This document shows positions 48,411 through 60,558 of a DNA stretch of 64,000 nt, in pieces. The DNA is from Mobula hypostoma (Eukaryota). The notes under the pieces are model-generated. The model worked only from the letters and a program-made list of their open reading frames with translations, was not told where the DNA came from and searched no databases. Every line of letters starts with the position of its first letter. Within the stretch, counting starts at the first letter, position 1. The stretch lies in assembly GCF_963921235.1 (NCBI RefSeq), contig NC_086097.1, forward strand, positions 83,514,001 to 83,578,000. Reading direction: 5' to 3'. A program made the position numbers and the translations under genes.

Positions 48411-48456
48411 TTGTTAGGATCAACCAGTACATTTCTGAATGAAGATTTACCATATG

Positions 48457-49956
48457 CAGACATCCCACCCTGCAAAAACTCATTTCAGGGAGGTAGCACC
48501 ACCATTTCACCATTTCAGAGAGGTAGCACCCCCGCCCCACGCAACCCCATATCTCCCCCCACCCCGCCATGGTCGACCTCCAAGGGTGTATGTAGTACTT
48601 TGTATAGTGATTTTGTCTAATCTTTAAACCAAGTTGGGTAGATGCAGAAAATGTGACTTAAAATATGTACTTATTATATATTATCATGTTTATTCTATTA
48701 CAACTTTAAGCAAGGCTACAGGGGGTTTGGCCTCATCATATAGGACATCAATAGCATAGCTCCTTAGCAACCAGCTAGCTAGTTTAAATAAGGTTAGCTA
48801 CACTAATGAACGAATGACACCTGTTAAACTCACCTCAACATGTCTTTTACATTTTAACCCACCATGGACAATAGAAAAGTCACTGTTGCAAACAGTGCAG
48901 CGAGCAACACTGTCATTATTTTTGTGGTTGACTGGAAAGCCCGCCCACAGAGAAAACTGTTAGGTCTACTTAGTAGGGGTCCCCAACCTTTTTTGCACTG
49001 CGGACCGGTTTAATATTGACAATATTCTTGCAGACCATCCGACGGGGGAGGGTGGTGTTAATCACAACCGGAATATAGGTGACAAGTCAACTATAAGTCA
49101 CTTATAAGTGGCTAATACACTCAATTTTGTTTCTAAAAGGGTTTATCTAACGAATTTAATATTAAACACACAGCACATATTTTCCTTGCATGAATATAGT
49201 GATAAGTCAATTATAAGTCAATAGCATCATAACATTTTAAGTAATGTTTGGATATTAAACACACAACGCATATTTTCCTCGTATGAACATATAAAATCAT
49301 TGCAACACCAATATCGCTGAATCAGTGGGAGCCCTGGGCTTGTTTCCCAGCAACAAGACGGTCCCATCGAGGGGTGATGGGAGACAGCAATACTCGAACG
49401 GGGTTCCTTATGTCCAGTCTATTCCGCAATTTAGTTTTCGTTGCATTCATTGCAGAAAACCCCACTTCGCAGAGATATGATGTTGGAAATGGAAGCAACG
49501 TTTTCAGTGCTTCTGTGGCTATCTCAGGATATTCAGCCTTGACTTTGATCCAGAATGCCGGCAAAGATGTTATGTCAAACATACTTTTCAGCCCACCGTC
49601 ATGTGCAAGCTCAAGGAGTTGATCTTCTTCCCGTGCTGACATGGATGACGTGCGGGTAATGACCTGGCGTGCGTTCAAGTTCAACAGTGCCTGACAGGAA
49701 ATGAGGAAAGGTGCAGCTGACTCATATCGTTTCATATCACCAAATCGTATTGTTTCCTCGCGGCCTGGTGGTTGGGGACCATTCTTAGCATGAAGAGAGA
49801 CCAATCAGGATACTTGCTCTCCCTCTCCCTCTCCCTCTCTCTCCCCCTCTCAAAAAAAATCAATTTCCGGGATATTGTATATAATTTCTGGGCATCAGGG
49901 AGCCACTATCAATATGTGGGAGACCCCCGGAACTTCCGGGAGAGGTGGGATGTCTG
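48457..49956. mobile_element. Non-autonomous DNA transposon with 13-bp TIRs and apparent 6-bp TSD; hosts a nested hAT
   Basis: CAGACATCCCACC ... GGTGGGATGTCTG; flanks CATATG (48451-48456) / CATTTG (49957-49962). Confidence 0.8.
48974..49781 (-). mobile_element. Internally deleted hAT (Charlie/Buster-type) element retaining the C-terminal dimerisation domain
   Basis: TIRs TAGGGGTCCCCAACC ... GGTTGGGGACCA; FWIKVKAEYPEIATEALKTLLPFPTSYLCEVGFSAM...KTKLRNRL...KQAQGSH. Confidence 0.9.
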
Positions 49957-51169
49957 CATTTGTAATGTTATCATTTTATGGCAAAACTCCCATATCCAGC
50001 CCCAGTTAAGAACATCTACTAACTCCTCCTTTTGATTTCAGTGAAAATTTTTTTGTATAGGAGCAGTTTGTTTGATTCAGTGCTGCTAGTTGCTACAGTG
50101 ATTGTTTTCCAAGCTAAGTACATTCTGGACTGGGCTTGCATTACCTAGTATCAGCTTATATAGCATGATGACAAAAGGTTGTAGCTTCAATACCTTACAG
50201 TGACATGAATTGGGTATTCATACTCTTGTTTCCATTTGTCTCTCCAAATATTTTGCTTTGAAGCATTTCATAGTTAAACCTGATAGAATATGGCTTAGAA
50301 GGTAGTGCTGATTTATTTAGTGCAAGCAGAGGAAGAAATGCAACCAAACCCTGCAAATTCATCCACTAAATCCTTCATTACATATTACAAAATGACTAAC
50401 AATTAATTCTAAACTCATACGCTAACTTGCTTGACTAAAGAAAACCATAATAACCAAATCTAGCACTTGAAAGTAACACCAACTATTAAAAAAATCTTCA
50501 ACTTGACCAAATTGTCAGTAATTAAATTTTCTGTGGCATTGGAATGGGTCTGTAGAATAGTTGTAATGAACAGATTGCTGTGTCCTTTATTCCATGATCC
50601 TGTGATGTACAGGTATCACCTCATTAATGACCAATAAGTGCAGACCATTGCTGGGGGCTGGCAGCAGCTGCTTCATATGATTAGATGCTGTGATCTCTTT
50701 ATCTCCTATGTGATATCATGGAAGCTGCTGTCTCCCCTTCTCCTTTATTTTGCTGCACAGTTCTTCCCAGGCTGTGGATTTCTCTTTGGCAATAAACTCA
50801 ACATTGATCACTGGCATTTAAGGTCGCTAACATGGCAGACCTCTGGCCTGAGAAGAAATGTACAGCCAAAGACAGGAGATGCAACAATTTACAACAAATC
50901 CAATGTAGTAGTGAAAGGGATTGTGGGATCTGTGCGATCTGACAGCACATGGAGCAGGCACTGCCATTCCCTAGCAAAGGCCTGCACTCACAGGGTAATT
51001 GCAAAAGTGCCAATGTTGAGTTCTGATATTTATTCGTAAACTTTTGACTTTGCTTAAGATTTCATTCTAACCTTCCTTTCTATTTACTTTGTATAAACAA
51101 CCTTAACTATTTAAAGTGAATTGTAAAATTGTATGACTGAAGAGTAATTTGCAATATTGTTTATAACAG

Positions 51170-51313
51170 GTGGAGATGATCGCCGTGTATTGTTGTGGCA
51201 CGTTGATAAAGCTATTCATTCAAAAGCTAAGCCTACTCAATTGAAAGGTGAACATCTATCCAACATTTTCTGCTTGGCATTTGACAGCACAAATACCCAT
51301 CTATTTTCTGGAG
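51170..51313 (+). CDS. DCAF5: DCAF5 coding exon 2
   Basis: Acceptor ataacag|GT; GGDDRRVLLWHVDKAIHSKAKPTQLKGEHLSNIFCLAFDSTNTHLFSG; donor GGAG|gtaaga. Confidence 0.95.
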
Positions 51314-51867
51314 GTAAGAAACCATATGGGCAACATATCAATCTATCACTTAAACAATGATTTATTTGAACATTAAGCAAAATCACATGGGTTTCTAAAA
51401 TATTACAATTTATGTGCACTTTAAATATGAGCTTGGTTTGCATATTAAGAAATTAAAGTTGTGGATATATAGTGTTCATTTTTGATTACTTCTAAATGTT
51501 GTGCTTAATATGTTTAAAATAATTCTTGGGCTTATTTAACAAGAATAAGCCTATCTGCATTTTTCTACTAGATACAGTTTAATGAAATGTTTTTTTTAAA
51601 TTCTTATCAATGAGGGAAGCTAACTTGTTGAACAAAACATCTGATTGCCTTGTGTACAAAATAATACGCTAACCAGACAGCACCATGAGCAAACTGTAGT
51701 TTTGAGTAAATTTTGAACAACCACTGAGTAGAAATATGGGACCTAATCCTTAACTCACTATGGTTCTACTGCAGAGCTAGCATTTGATCACATATATATA
51801 ATTGAGAACTCAAGACTAATTCCATACATGAACCACATTTCTACAGGAAATGGATTCCTCTGGTTTG

Positions 51868-51932
51868 CAGTATTGTGCAAAAGTCTTAGAATCATATATA
51901 TCGCTAGGGTGTCTAAGACTTTTGCACAACTG
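51868..51932. mobile_element. About 65-bp Tc1-type mini-MITE hairpin (a second, partial copy at about 52304-52350)
   Basis: Perfect 16-bp inverted repeat tgtgcaaaagtcttag / ctaagacttttgcaca with CAGT-like termini. Confidence 0.7.
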
Positions 51933-52682
51933 TAGTAATTTTATTTATTGTACTGTATTGCAGCTGCAAAAAAATAATTTCATGATGTACGTGAATGATG
52001 ATAAACCTAATTCTGATATGGGTTTGTATTGTGGACTGAGAGTGGGAAGGGGTCTGGGTGAGGTGAATCATGGTTGGGAAAAGGGAACAGAATGAGAAGC
52101 AGCAGAGAGACATTTTGTAATGACCAGTTGTTCAGAATCAAATCATCTTCCCTGGTATCTCAGGGATGGGTATGCCTTAACCGTGCCAACCCCCATCACC
52201 CTGTCCACCTGCCCCATACCTCTCCCACAGCACTCCACCCTCGCCATTCCCAACATCCTTTGTTCCCGCCAGATTTACAAACTCACTCTTACACATTGAG
52301 AAATACAGTATATATAGCTAGGGTACCTAAGATGTTTGCACAGTACTGTAATTTCAGATTGGTATGCAATGAATCAATAGTTGAAGCCTTTCAGTAATGG
52401 AAGTAAATTGTGCATAAATTAGCGGAGGCATTGTGTAGTACAGCATAGTTTCTTTAATCAATATTATTAGTGTAATGTGTGATAGACTTGTTAACTTTGT
52501 GTAAATTTGGCAATGAAACTGAAAATGTTTGTCAAGCAATTATTTTAATGTAGTCTTTCCTTTTTCTGAATTTATTGCCTTTATTAGATAAGTTTCTTAA
52601 AACAAAGTACTTTAACATTTTTAAGAAGTTAAAAATGCACACCTGACAAGCTCAGTTTGAACGCCTTTGAACCTCAGTTTGA

Positions 52683-53430
52683 AGGTTGGAGGCTACCCAG
52701 ACGGAATATGAAGTGTTGCTCCTCCAGTCTGAGAGTGGCCTCATCATGGCAGTAGAGGAGGCCGTGAACCAGCATGTCAAAATGGGAGTGAGGGTTAGAA
52801 TTAAAATAGTTGGTCATGGGGAAATATTTCTTGCTGTGGATGGATTGAAGGTGCTCGACAAAGTGGTCCCCCGGTCTTACGTCAGGTCTCACCAATATGG
52901 AGGAGGCTGCATCAGAAGTACCAGGTGACCCCAACAGATTTGCAGGTGAGGTGTTTCCTCATCTGGAAGGACTGTTTGAGGCCTTGAATGGTGGATAGCA
53001 CTTCTTTTGATTGTGGGGTTAATTGCCAAGATAGAGATTAGTGGGGAGGGACGAATGAACAAGGTACTCATGGGGAGAGCAATCATTGCAGAGAGTGGGA
53101 GGGAGGTAAAGATCTGCTTGGTAGTAGGATTCCACTGAAGATAGACAATGTGGAGAATGATGTGCTAGATGAGGAGGCACATGGATGTTTGGAAAATGGA
53201 AGAGATGTGGGTGAGGGCAATGTCAGTGGTGGAGGAAGGGAGCCCTAGTTCTTTGAAGAGGAAGGACATCTCTGATGTTCTGGAAAGGAAAGCCTCATCC
53301 TGAGAACAGATGCAACAGTGAAAAAGGAACTGAGAAAAGGGAATGGCATTTTTTTACTGGTGACAGGGTGGGAAAAAGTATGTTCAAGATAGCTGTGAGA
53401 GTTGGTAGGTTTGTAAAAGATATTAGTATA
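52683..53430 (-). mobile_element. Penelope-like element fragment
   Basis: 52674-52934(-) GDHFVEHL...HGLLYCHDEATLRLEEQHFIFRLGSLQP. Confidence 0.85.
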
Positions 53431-53704
53431 CCATTTCTGAAACCGCTCTCACTTTTCTCAATCAATCTCTGTCTCTCTGTCTCTATCTCTCTTCTCCCCC
53501 CCCCCCCCCCCGGCAATCTCTAGGAACAAACTGTAGTTTGTCTGTGCCAATGTTCTGATTGGATTATACGTAAAGTCATTATCATGTGACTGCATGACAC
53601 TTTACATAACATTACACGTTAAAAAACTTGAATGGCTTTGTCTAGATCTTCATTTCTTGGAAAGATTTGGGCACTTGATTGTTGTTTATGAAACTTTTTG
53701 AGGA

Positions 53705-53998
53705 AACTGTCTGGTATGGAGGGGCTATTGCACAGGACCAAAAGAAGCTGCAGAAGGTTGTAAATCTAGTCAGCTCCATCTTGGACACTAGCCGACAAAG
53801 TACCCAGGACATCTTTAGGAAGCGGTGTCTCAGAAAGGCAGCGTCCATTATTAAAGACCTCCAGCACCCAGGGCATGCCCTTTTCTCACTGTTCTCATCA
53901 GGTAGGAGATACAGAAGCCTAAAGGCACACACTCAGCGATTCAGGAACAGCTTCTTCCCCTCTGCCATCCGATTCCTAAATAGACTTTGAAGCTTTGG
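53705..53998 (+). mobile_element. Rex1/Babar-like LINE 3' end, split by the L1 insertion (continues at 59899-60125)
   Basis: VWYGGAIAQDQKKLQKVV...RKAASIIKDLQHPGHALFSL...RFRNSFFPSAIRFLN; 3' UTR and tail cctgattctgattctga resume after the L1. Confidence 0.85.
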
Positions 53999-56900
53999 GA
54001 GATTTCCTGGTGGTGGCTGATGGAGTAACAGCAATCTGCTGTTGCTCCAACTTTAATTGTCTTACTATTTCCAACCTGCCTTGAAACTTCTTTTTTAAGT
54101 GTGATATTCTTTCATTATGGCTACAAGGGGTGCCAGAGGTAAAAAGGATGATCTCCCTGCTTCTTTGGATTCTATAATGGATTTACTGTAAAGTCATACA
54201 CGAGAAGCCTCTAAGAAGTTTCAACAATTCAGCTCTGAACTTAAACAAATATATGGTAAATTGGATTCTATTCAACAAACTCTTAATGAACACGATAAAC
54301 GTATAAAAAAATAATGAAGCAATTTTGTCGTTTCTGGAAATGGAAGTGGATGAATTGCAAAAGCTTTGTGAAAAGCAATCGAAGTCTGACGAAAAGTTAA
54401 GACAGAAGATTATCAACCTAGAAAATAGAAGTAGAAGAAACAACCTATGGGTTCTGGGTCTCGAAGAATTAATCGAAGGTAATCATCCTGTGGAATTTTT
54501 TGCAAACTTTTTGCAAGAATTATTTCTGGAAATTTTGGCATCTTTGCCTATGATTGATCGAGTTCACAGGTCTCCCTTGTTTAGACCTCCTGAGAAAGAT
54601 AGACCAAGATCAGTATTAATCTGTTTTCATGAATTTAAAACAAAGGAACTGTTAATTCGCGAATCTCATTGAAGAGGCATGATTGACTATAATGGTTGTA
54701 AGATTAGAATTGTCGAAGATTACTCACCTGAGGTTATGCAGGAACGTGCTAAATTCAAAGAAGTTATGTCCGAGCTTTTTAACAAGGGTTTCAAGCCTTC
54801 CCTTTGCTACCCAGCTCGACTTAGAATCACACTTAAAAATGGTTCTTTCGAATGGTTTCGTTTGACTGTTGAAGCACAAAGGTTTTTAAAATCCGAAGGC
54901 TAGCTGATTAGTTTGTCCTTGCATGAAGACACAAGATTAAATGAGAAACTTTTAATTCGCAAATCCCGTCGAAGGGGCATGATTGGTTCTAGAGTGGAAT
55001 ATTAAGATTCTCGAAGATTATTCCATTGAGGTTACGCAGGAACATGCTAAGTTTAAACAAGCTTTGTTGGAATTTTTTTAGCAAGGGTTTTAACCCATCC
55101 CTTGGCTACCCAGTTTGACTGAGAATCTCATTAAAGATGGATCCTTCAAATGGTTTTGTTTGAATGCTGAAGCACAAAGATTTTTAAAATTTTAAGGCTA
55201 ACTGCTTAGTCTGTTTTTTCATGAAGATATAAGATTAAATGTTTAATTCTTTATGAATAATTGTATCTTTTACTTTTGGTAAACCTTTGTAACCAATTTC
55301 TTTCTGTATTTTTAATACCGTATTTTTGATATACGAGAATTGAATTTCTTGTTTGGATACTGTTTAGTCTAGGTTGGAATATAAATAACTTGGAAACTAA
55401 TTGAAGTGATCATCAGATTTTTTGAGGGGTTGTCCATAGTTATAGATGCTGATTTTCTATTGGTTGGTCTTTCTTTGGGAGGTGGGCGGCGGTATGGTTT
55501 TTTTTCTCAGAAGCTGTTTTCGAATTTTTAGCCAACTTGTTGCTTGGTTACCATTTCTCAAGGTTTATGGGTTGGTTTTAATTTACATTTTAACCCTTCC
55601 TTTAAATAATATTAAAAATGGACCAAACTATTAATTTACTCAGTTTTAACATGAAAGGGTTAAATCACCCTGTTAAATGTAATAAGATTTTTGCGTGTAT
55701 TAGGAAATTTAAGGTCCCTATTATTTTCTTACAAGAAGCTCACATACGCAAATGTGATAATGTACGTTTTTTTAGCCATTGGAACGGACTTTGTTTTCAT
55801 TCTTCTTTTCAGGCCAAATCTGGAGGAGTTTCTATTCTTGTAGATAATACACTTTCCTTTGTCCAACATAAAGTAATGTCTGATACTAATGGACATTTTG
55901 TTATAGTTTCAGGAAAACTAGATAATAAATTAGTAGTATTTGCCAATGTGTTTGCCCCAAATGTAGATGATCCAGGATTCTTTGAGCGTTTTTTTTTGTT
56001 TGTTTTTACCAGATCTGAGTCTTTATTCTTTGGTGATGGGAGGAGATTTTAACTGTTGGCTAGACCCAATTTTAGACTGATCATCTTCTAAACCAGCGTC
56101 TCTTAATAAATCAGCTTTTTTTATTCAATCTTTTTTTATTGAAGTGTGGTATTGTTGGTGTTTGCTGTTTTTTACATCCTTTAAATAGGGATTACTTGTT
56201 TTTTTTCTCCCCATGTTCATCATACATATTCCAGGATTGATTTTTTTTAATTGATAGTCAAATGATTTCATCAGTTCATTCTTGTGAATATAAAGAGATT
56301 GTTGTTTCAGATCATGCTTCTATATTTCTATCTTTAAATCTCCCTGGTCTTCCTCAAACAAACAGATTTTGGCATTTTAATACAACTTTGTTATCTGATA
56401 AGGAATTTTTAAAATTTCTAGAGAGGCATATTATTTTGTTTTTTGAAGAGAATAAAAAGGAAGAGACTTCTAATCTTATTGTACGGGATACGTTCAAGGC
56501 CTATATTAGAGGACGAATTATCTCTTGTACTACGAGTGTTAAGAATAAAGCTAATAAAGAATTGAATTAGCCAATCAATTGAAACAATGAGATCAAAAAT
56601 GTGCTATAGCTCCAGATCCTGTTTTATATAAAAGACGTGTTGAAGTTAAAACTAAACGTGATCTTTTGTTAACATACCCAATTGAAACTCGACTTCTTAA
56701 AGATAAAACTCAATTTTACATTCACGGAGATAAATCAGGCAAAGTATTGGCCAACCAATTAAAAATTAATGTAGTTAAACGACAAATTAAAGAAATTTGC
56801 AAAACTAATGGTGATAGGACAACTGATCACTCTGAAATAAATGATACCTTTAGAGAATTCTATTCTAAACGTTATAGTTCTGATTCCCCTAAAGATAATA

Positions 56901-57701
56901 CTGTAATGAATAATTTTTTAGATCAATTAAATATCACTGCACTTTCTGCAGATAATTGCAAACAGATCGATCAACCCATTTTTTATGAGGAAATCGCTAT
57001 ATGTTCATTACACTTGAGGAAGGCTCCGGGTCCAGATAGATCTTCTGGAGAATTTTATAAGGCTTTTTCCTCATTGATTATACCGCAATTACACTTAGTC
57101 TTTTTGGATTCTTTCAAATTGGGTAGTTTGCCTCAATCTTTCTATGAAACTTCTATCTCGCTTATCCTAAAAAGAACAAGGACCCTACTGAATGCTCTTC
57201 ATATAGGCCAATCTCATTACTCAATGTTGATACTAAAATCCTTTCTAAAGTTGTGGCTCGTAGGATTGAAAATATTTTACCTTCTATTATTTCTGATGAT
57301 CAGACTGGATTTATTAAAAATCAACATTCCCATTTTAATATACACCATGTATTAAATGTTATTTACTCTCCTTGTCAGGTGATATCGGAATGTGTGATAT
57401 CCTTAGATGCTGAGAAGGCGTTCGATCAGGTTGAATGGAATTATTTATTTAAAACCTTAGAAAAATCTAATTTTGGACCAGATTTTATTCAGTGGATTAA
57501 ATTACTTTATATATCTCGTTCTGCTCGGGTTCTTACTAATTTTCAAAATTCCAAACCATTTAAACTTCACCACGGAACTTGACAAGGCTGTCCATTGAGT
57601 CCTTTGCTTTTTGATCTAGCTTTAGAACCCCTTGCCATTGCTTTTCGAGAATCTAATGATATCTGTGGTATTTTAAGGAGAGGTATTACTCACAAAATCT
57701 C

Positions 57702-58515
57702 GCAGTGGATCTTAGGACCCAGCAGAACCCTGGACCTTATTTAACCTGTCTCAGTGCGACGGACATTAGGACCCCGCGGTGGAATTCTGAGTCCGCAGTG
57801 TTTCTGCTCAGGAAAATAATCACGATCGCGATTTAAAATAAAGCGGAAATAATAAAGCGATTGGAAAGAGATGAAATGCCATCGGTCATTGGAAAAGCAT
57901 TAGGCTACAGTCGGTCAACAGTTGGAACAATTTTAAAGGATAAAGTGAGAAAGGCCCTGCCCCGATGAAGCTACAATTATTACTAAGGTTTAATTATTGG
58001 GTTTTGGGGTTTTGGTTTTTGATCCTCTACATCAACCTGGCACGGATGGAGAGCGCGCTCGGGAGCGGTCTGTCACTGGATCGAACTAGGGAATTTCCGT
58101 ACCCGAGCCCGGCGCTGAAACATATGTTTCTTAAGTGTTATATATGCATAGAAAGGTAAAATATATACTATATACTAAGACAAACGTTTGACTAACTGAC
58201 GCTAAATAATACCGGATGTACCTGTTCCGACTTACTTACTAAGAGAACTTACGGTTTTTTTTCGATCCCGATCCACGATNNNNNNNNNNNNNNNNNNNNN
58301 NNNNNNNNNNNNNNNNNNNNNNNNNNNNNNNNNNNNNNNNNNNNNNNNNNNNNNNNNNNNNNNNNNNNNNNNNNNNNNNNNNNNNNNNNNNNNNNNNNNN
58401 NNNNNNNNNNNNNNNNNNNNNNNNNNNAAATCCTGGAAGAGCAGTTCTGGGTTTTCTCGATTCGCGGTTGGTTGAATTCACGCATGCGGAACTCGCGGAT
58501 AGGGAGAGCCGACTG
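57702..58515 (+). mobile_element. Tigger/pogo-derived element inside L1 ORF2, left end missing
   Basis: KAEIIKRLERDEMPSVIGKALGYSRSTVGTILKDK (CENP-B-type HTH, about 57840-57945); right terminus gcggatagggagagccgactg|ta. Confidence 0.8.
58280..58427. other. Assembly gap (148 N)
   Basis: Run of N. Confidence 1.
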
Positions 58516-60521
58516 TATTATATTAATCATGTAGACTGTCCAGTATGGGTTTCTTTAGAAGCTAACTCTGTTAATAAATTTTCTATTATTTCTCTCTTGG
58601 ATCCTCACTTCCTTTATCTGTAAATAAACTAACTGATAATTTAATAGTTAAGCATACTCTGAGGATCTGGAATCAATTTAGAAAACATTTTGGTTTATTG
58701 AGATTTCCCCTTTCAAGTCTCACTTATTCTATTTTTTTTTAAAGCCCTCCATGACTGATGTAGTTTTTAAAGAATGGGACAGGTTGGGTATTAAATGTTT
58801 TTGGGATCTGTTTGTTGGAGGAAATCTTTTTTCATCTGAGCAATTGTCAGCTAAATATAGCTTACCCAAAACTCACTTTTTTAGATATCTACAAATCAGA
58901 GACTTTCTAAGATCTCAATTATGCACATTTCCTATAAGAACTTACTAGATGTAATTTTTAATTTGACACCTTTTCATAATGGTTCAATATCTAATATTTA
59001 TGGTATGTTACTGGAGATGAGGAATGTTCCTTTAAACAAAATTAAGAATCTCTGGGAACAAGATTTACAGACATCAATATCTGAGGAAACTTGGAATGAA
59101 ATTTTTAAACTGGTTAATACTTCATCGCTATGTGCTCGCCATTCCCTCATACAATTTAAGGTGGTACATAGAGTCCATATGACTAAAGATAACCTATCTC
59201 ATTTTTATTGGGATATATCTCCCTACTGTGACAGATGGAGAAGCTTCATTAATTCATATGTTTTGGAATTGTCCAAGTCTTGAGAAATATTGGAAGGAAG
59301 TTTTTCTTTTCTTTTCAAAGTCAATTTTAAGCCTAATCCTCTGACGGCCTTATTCGGTATTGTTGTAGGACAAGATATCAAGTTGAAGACATCTGATTTA
59401 CATATTTTGGCCTTTAGCTCTCTTACAGCTAGGAGGACGCTTTTGTTTAAATGGAAAGATGTTTTTCCTCCTACTCATGCTCAATGGTTATGCGATGTTA
59501 TGTCATGCTTAGATTTAGAGAAGATTCATTGTTCAATTTCTGAATCTCGTCAAGACTTTCAAATGTTGTGGGGACCTTTTCTGAATTATTTTCAAAACCT
59601 TCAATTCGTTGTTTAAATTCAGATGTTGGCTATTATTAATTTTTATTATATGAGAAGGTATTTTATCTTTTTTCCTCCTTAATAAACAGCTTTGGTCTTG
59701 GTAGGGATTAGACTTTTTTTGTAATTGGTATATTTCAATATAACTATTGATTAACTTACATGAATACAGGGTAATGAGATTGTTATTATGAATAGATATA
59801 ATGTAATTGGTAGTTTTTAAAATCTTTTTTGACCTTTTATAAATACTTTCTTGTACTCTGTATTCTTCTATGTAGAAACTAATAAAAATATTGGAAAAGA
59901 AGCTTTGGACACTACCTCACTCTTTTAATATACAGTATTTCTGTCTTTGCACATTTTTAAAATTATCTATTCAATATACATAATTGATTTGTTTATTGTT
60001 TTATTTTATTTATTACTATTATTTTTTTCTCTCTGCTAGATTATGTATTGCATTGAACTGCTGCTGCTAAGTTCACAAATTTCACATCACATGCCAGTGA
60101 TAATAAACCTGATTCTGATTCTGAAAAATCTAGAGTTTAAAAAAGAGAAAGTTCTCACAGTGATATTGATATCTAATTGTTATGTAGTTGAACATCTGGA
60201 ATACAGCTAAAACCGCAAACCAGAAATTGCATTTGTAGCTTACTGTTGCATAAATAGAATCTCTGTACTATCACTTAACTTTATAAGGCAATATGATTAT
60301 TTTAATTACTTTAGATAATTAGTGTGCAGTAATTCATTTGTATTACAACATGGTATTTTGTTGTGAAGGTAAATATCATTTTCTGTTGTGCCTGTGTTAG
60401 TGTCTCCAGAGCTGATCCTGAGATTTGGACAATTTTGTTGACAATGCCAATGTGCAATATTGTTAACAGCAATTTTTAGTGATTGTTTTGAAGGCTAATT
60501 GTTTTCAATTTCCCTTAATAG

Positions 60522-60558
60522 GAAATGATGAGCAAGTGATTGTTCATGATGTTGAAAG
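60522..60558 (+). CDS. DCAF5: DCAF5 coding exon 3 (37-nt micro-exon, absent from the ORF track)
   Basis: Acceptor tcccttaatag|GA; (G)NDEQVIVHDVE(S); donor AAG|gtaagt; phases fit exons 2 and 4. Confidence 0.93.

Larger units (their letters stand above)
53999..59898 (+). mobile_element. End-to-end L1-clade LINE (about 5.9 kb), inactivated; ORF1 about 54117-54903, ORF2 about 55618-59616
   Basis: 10-bp TSD GAAGCTTTGG (53989-53998 / 59899-59908); ORF1 LENRSRRNNLWVLGLEE; EN LSFNMKGLN, FLQEAH, SDH; [34 protein letters not shown]; AATAAA near the 3' end. Confidence 0.93.

Noticed and set aside
49322-49804. 160-aa hAT ORF as a domesticated ZBED/Buster gene
   Set aside because: Only the C-terminal domain is present, bounded by TIRs in an 0.8-kb deletion derivative, and the ORF start lies outside the TIR.
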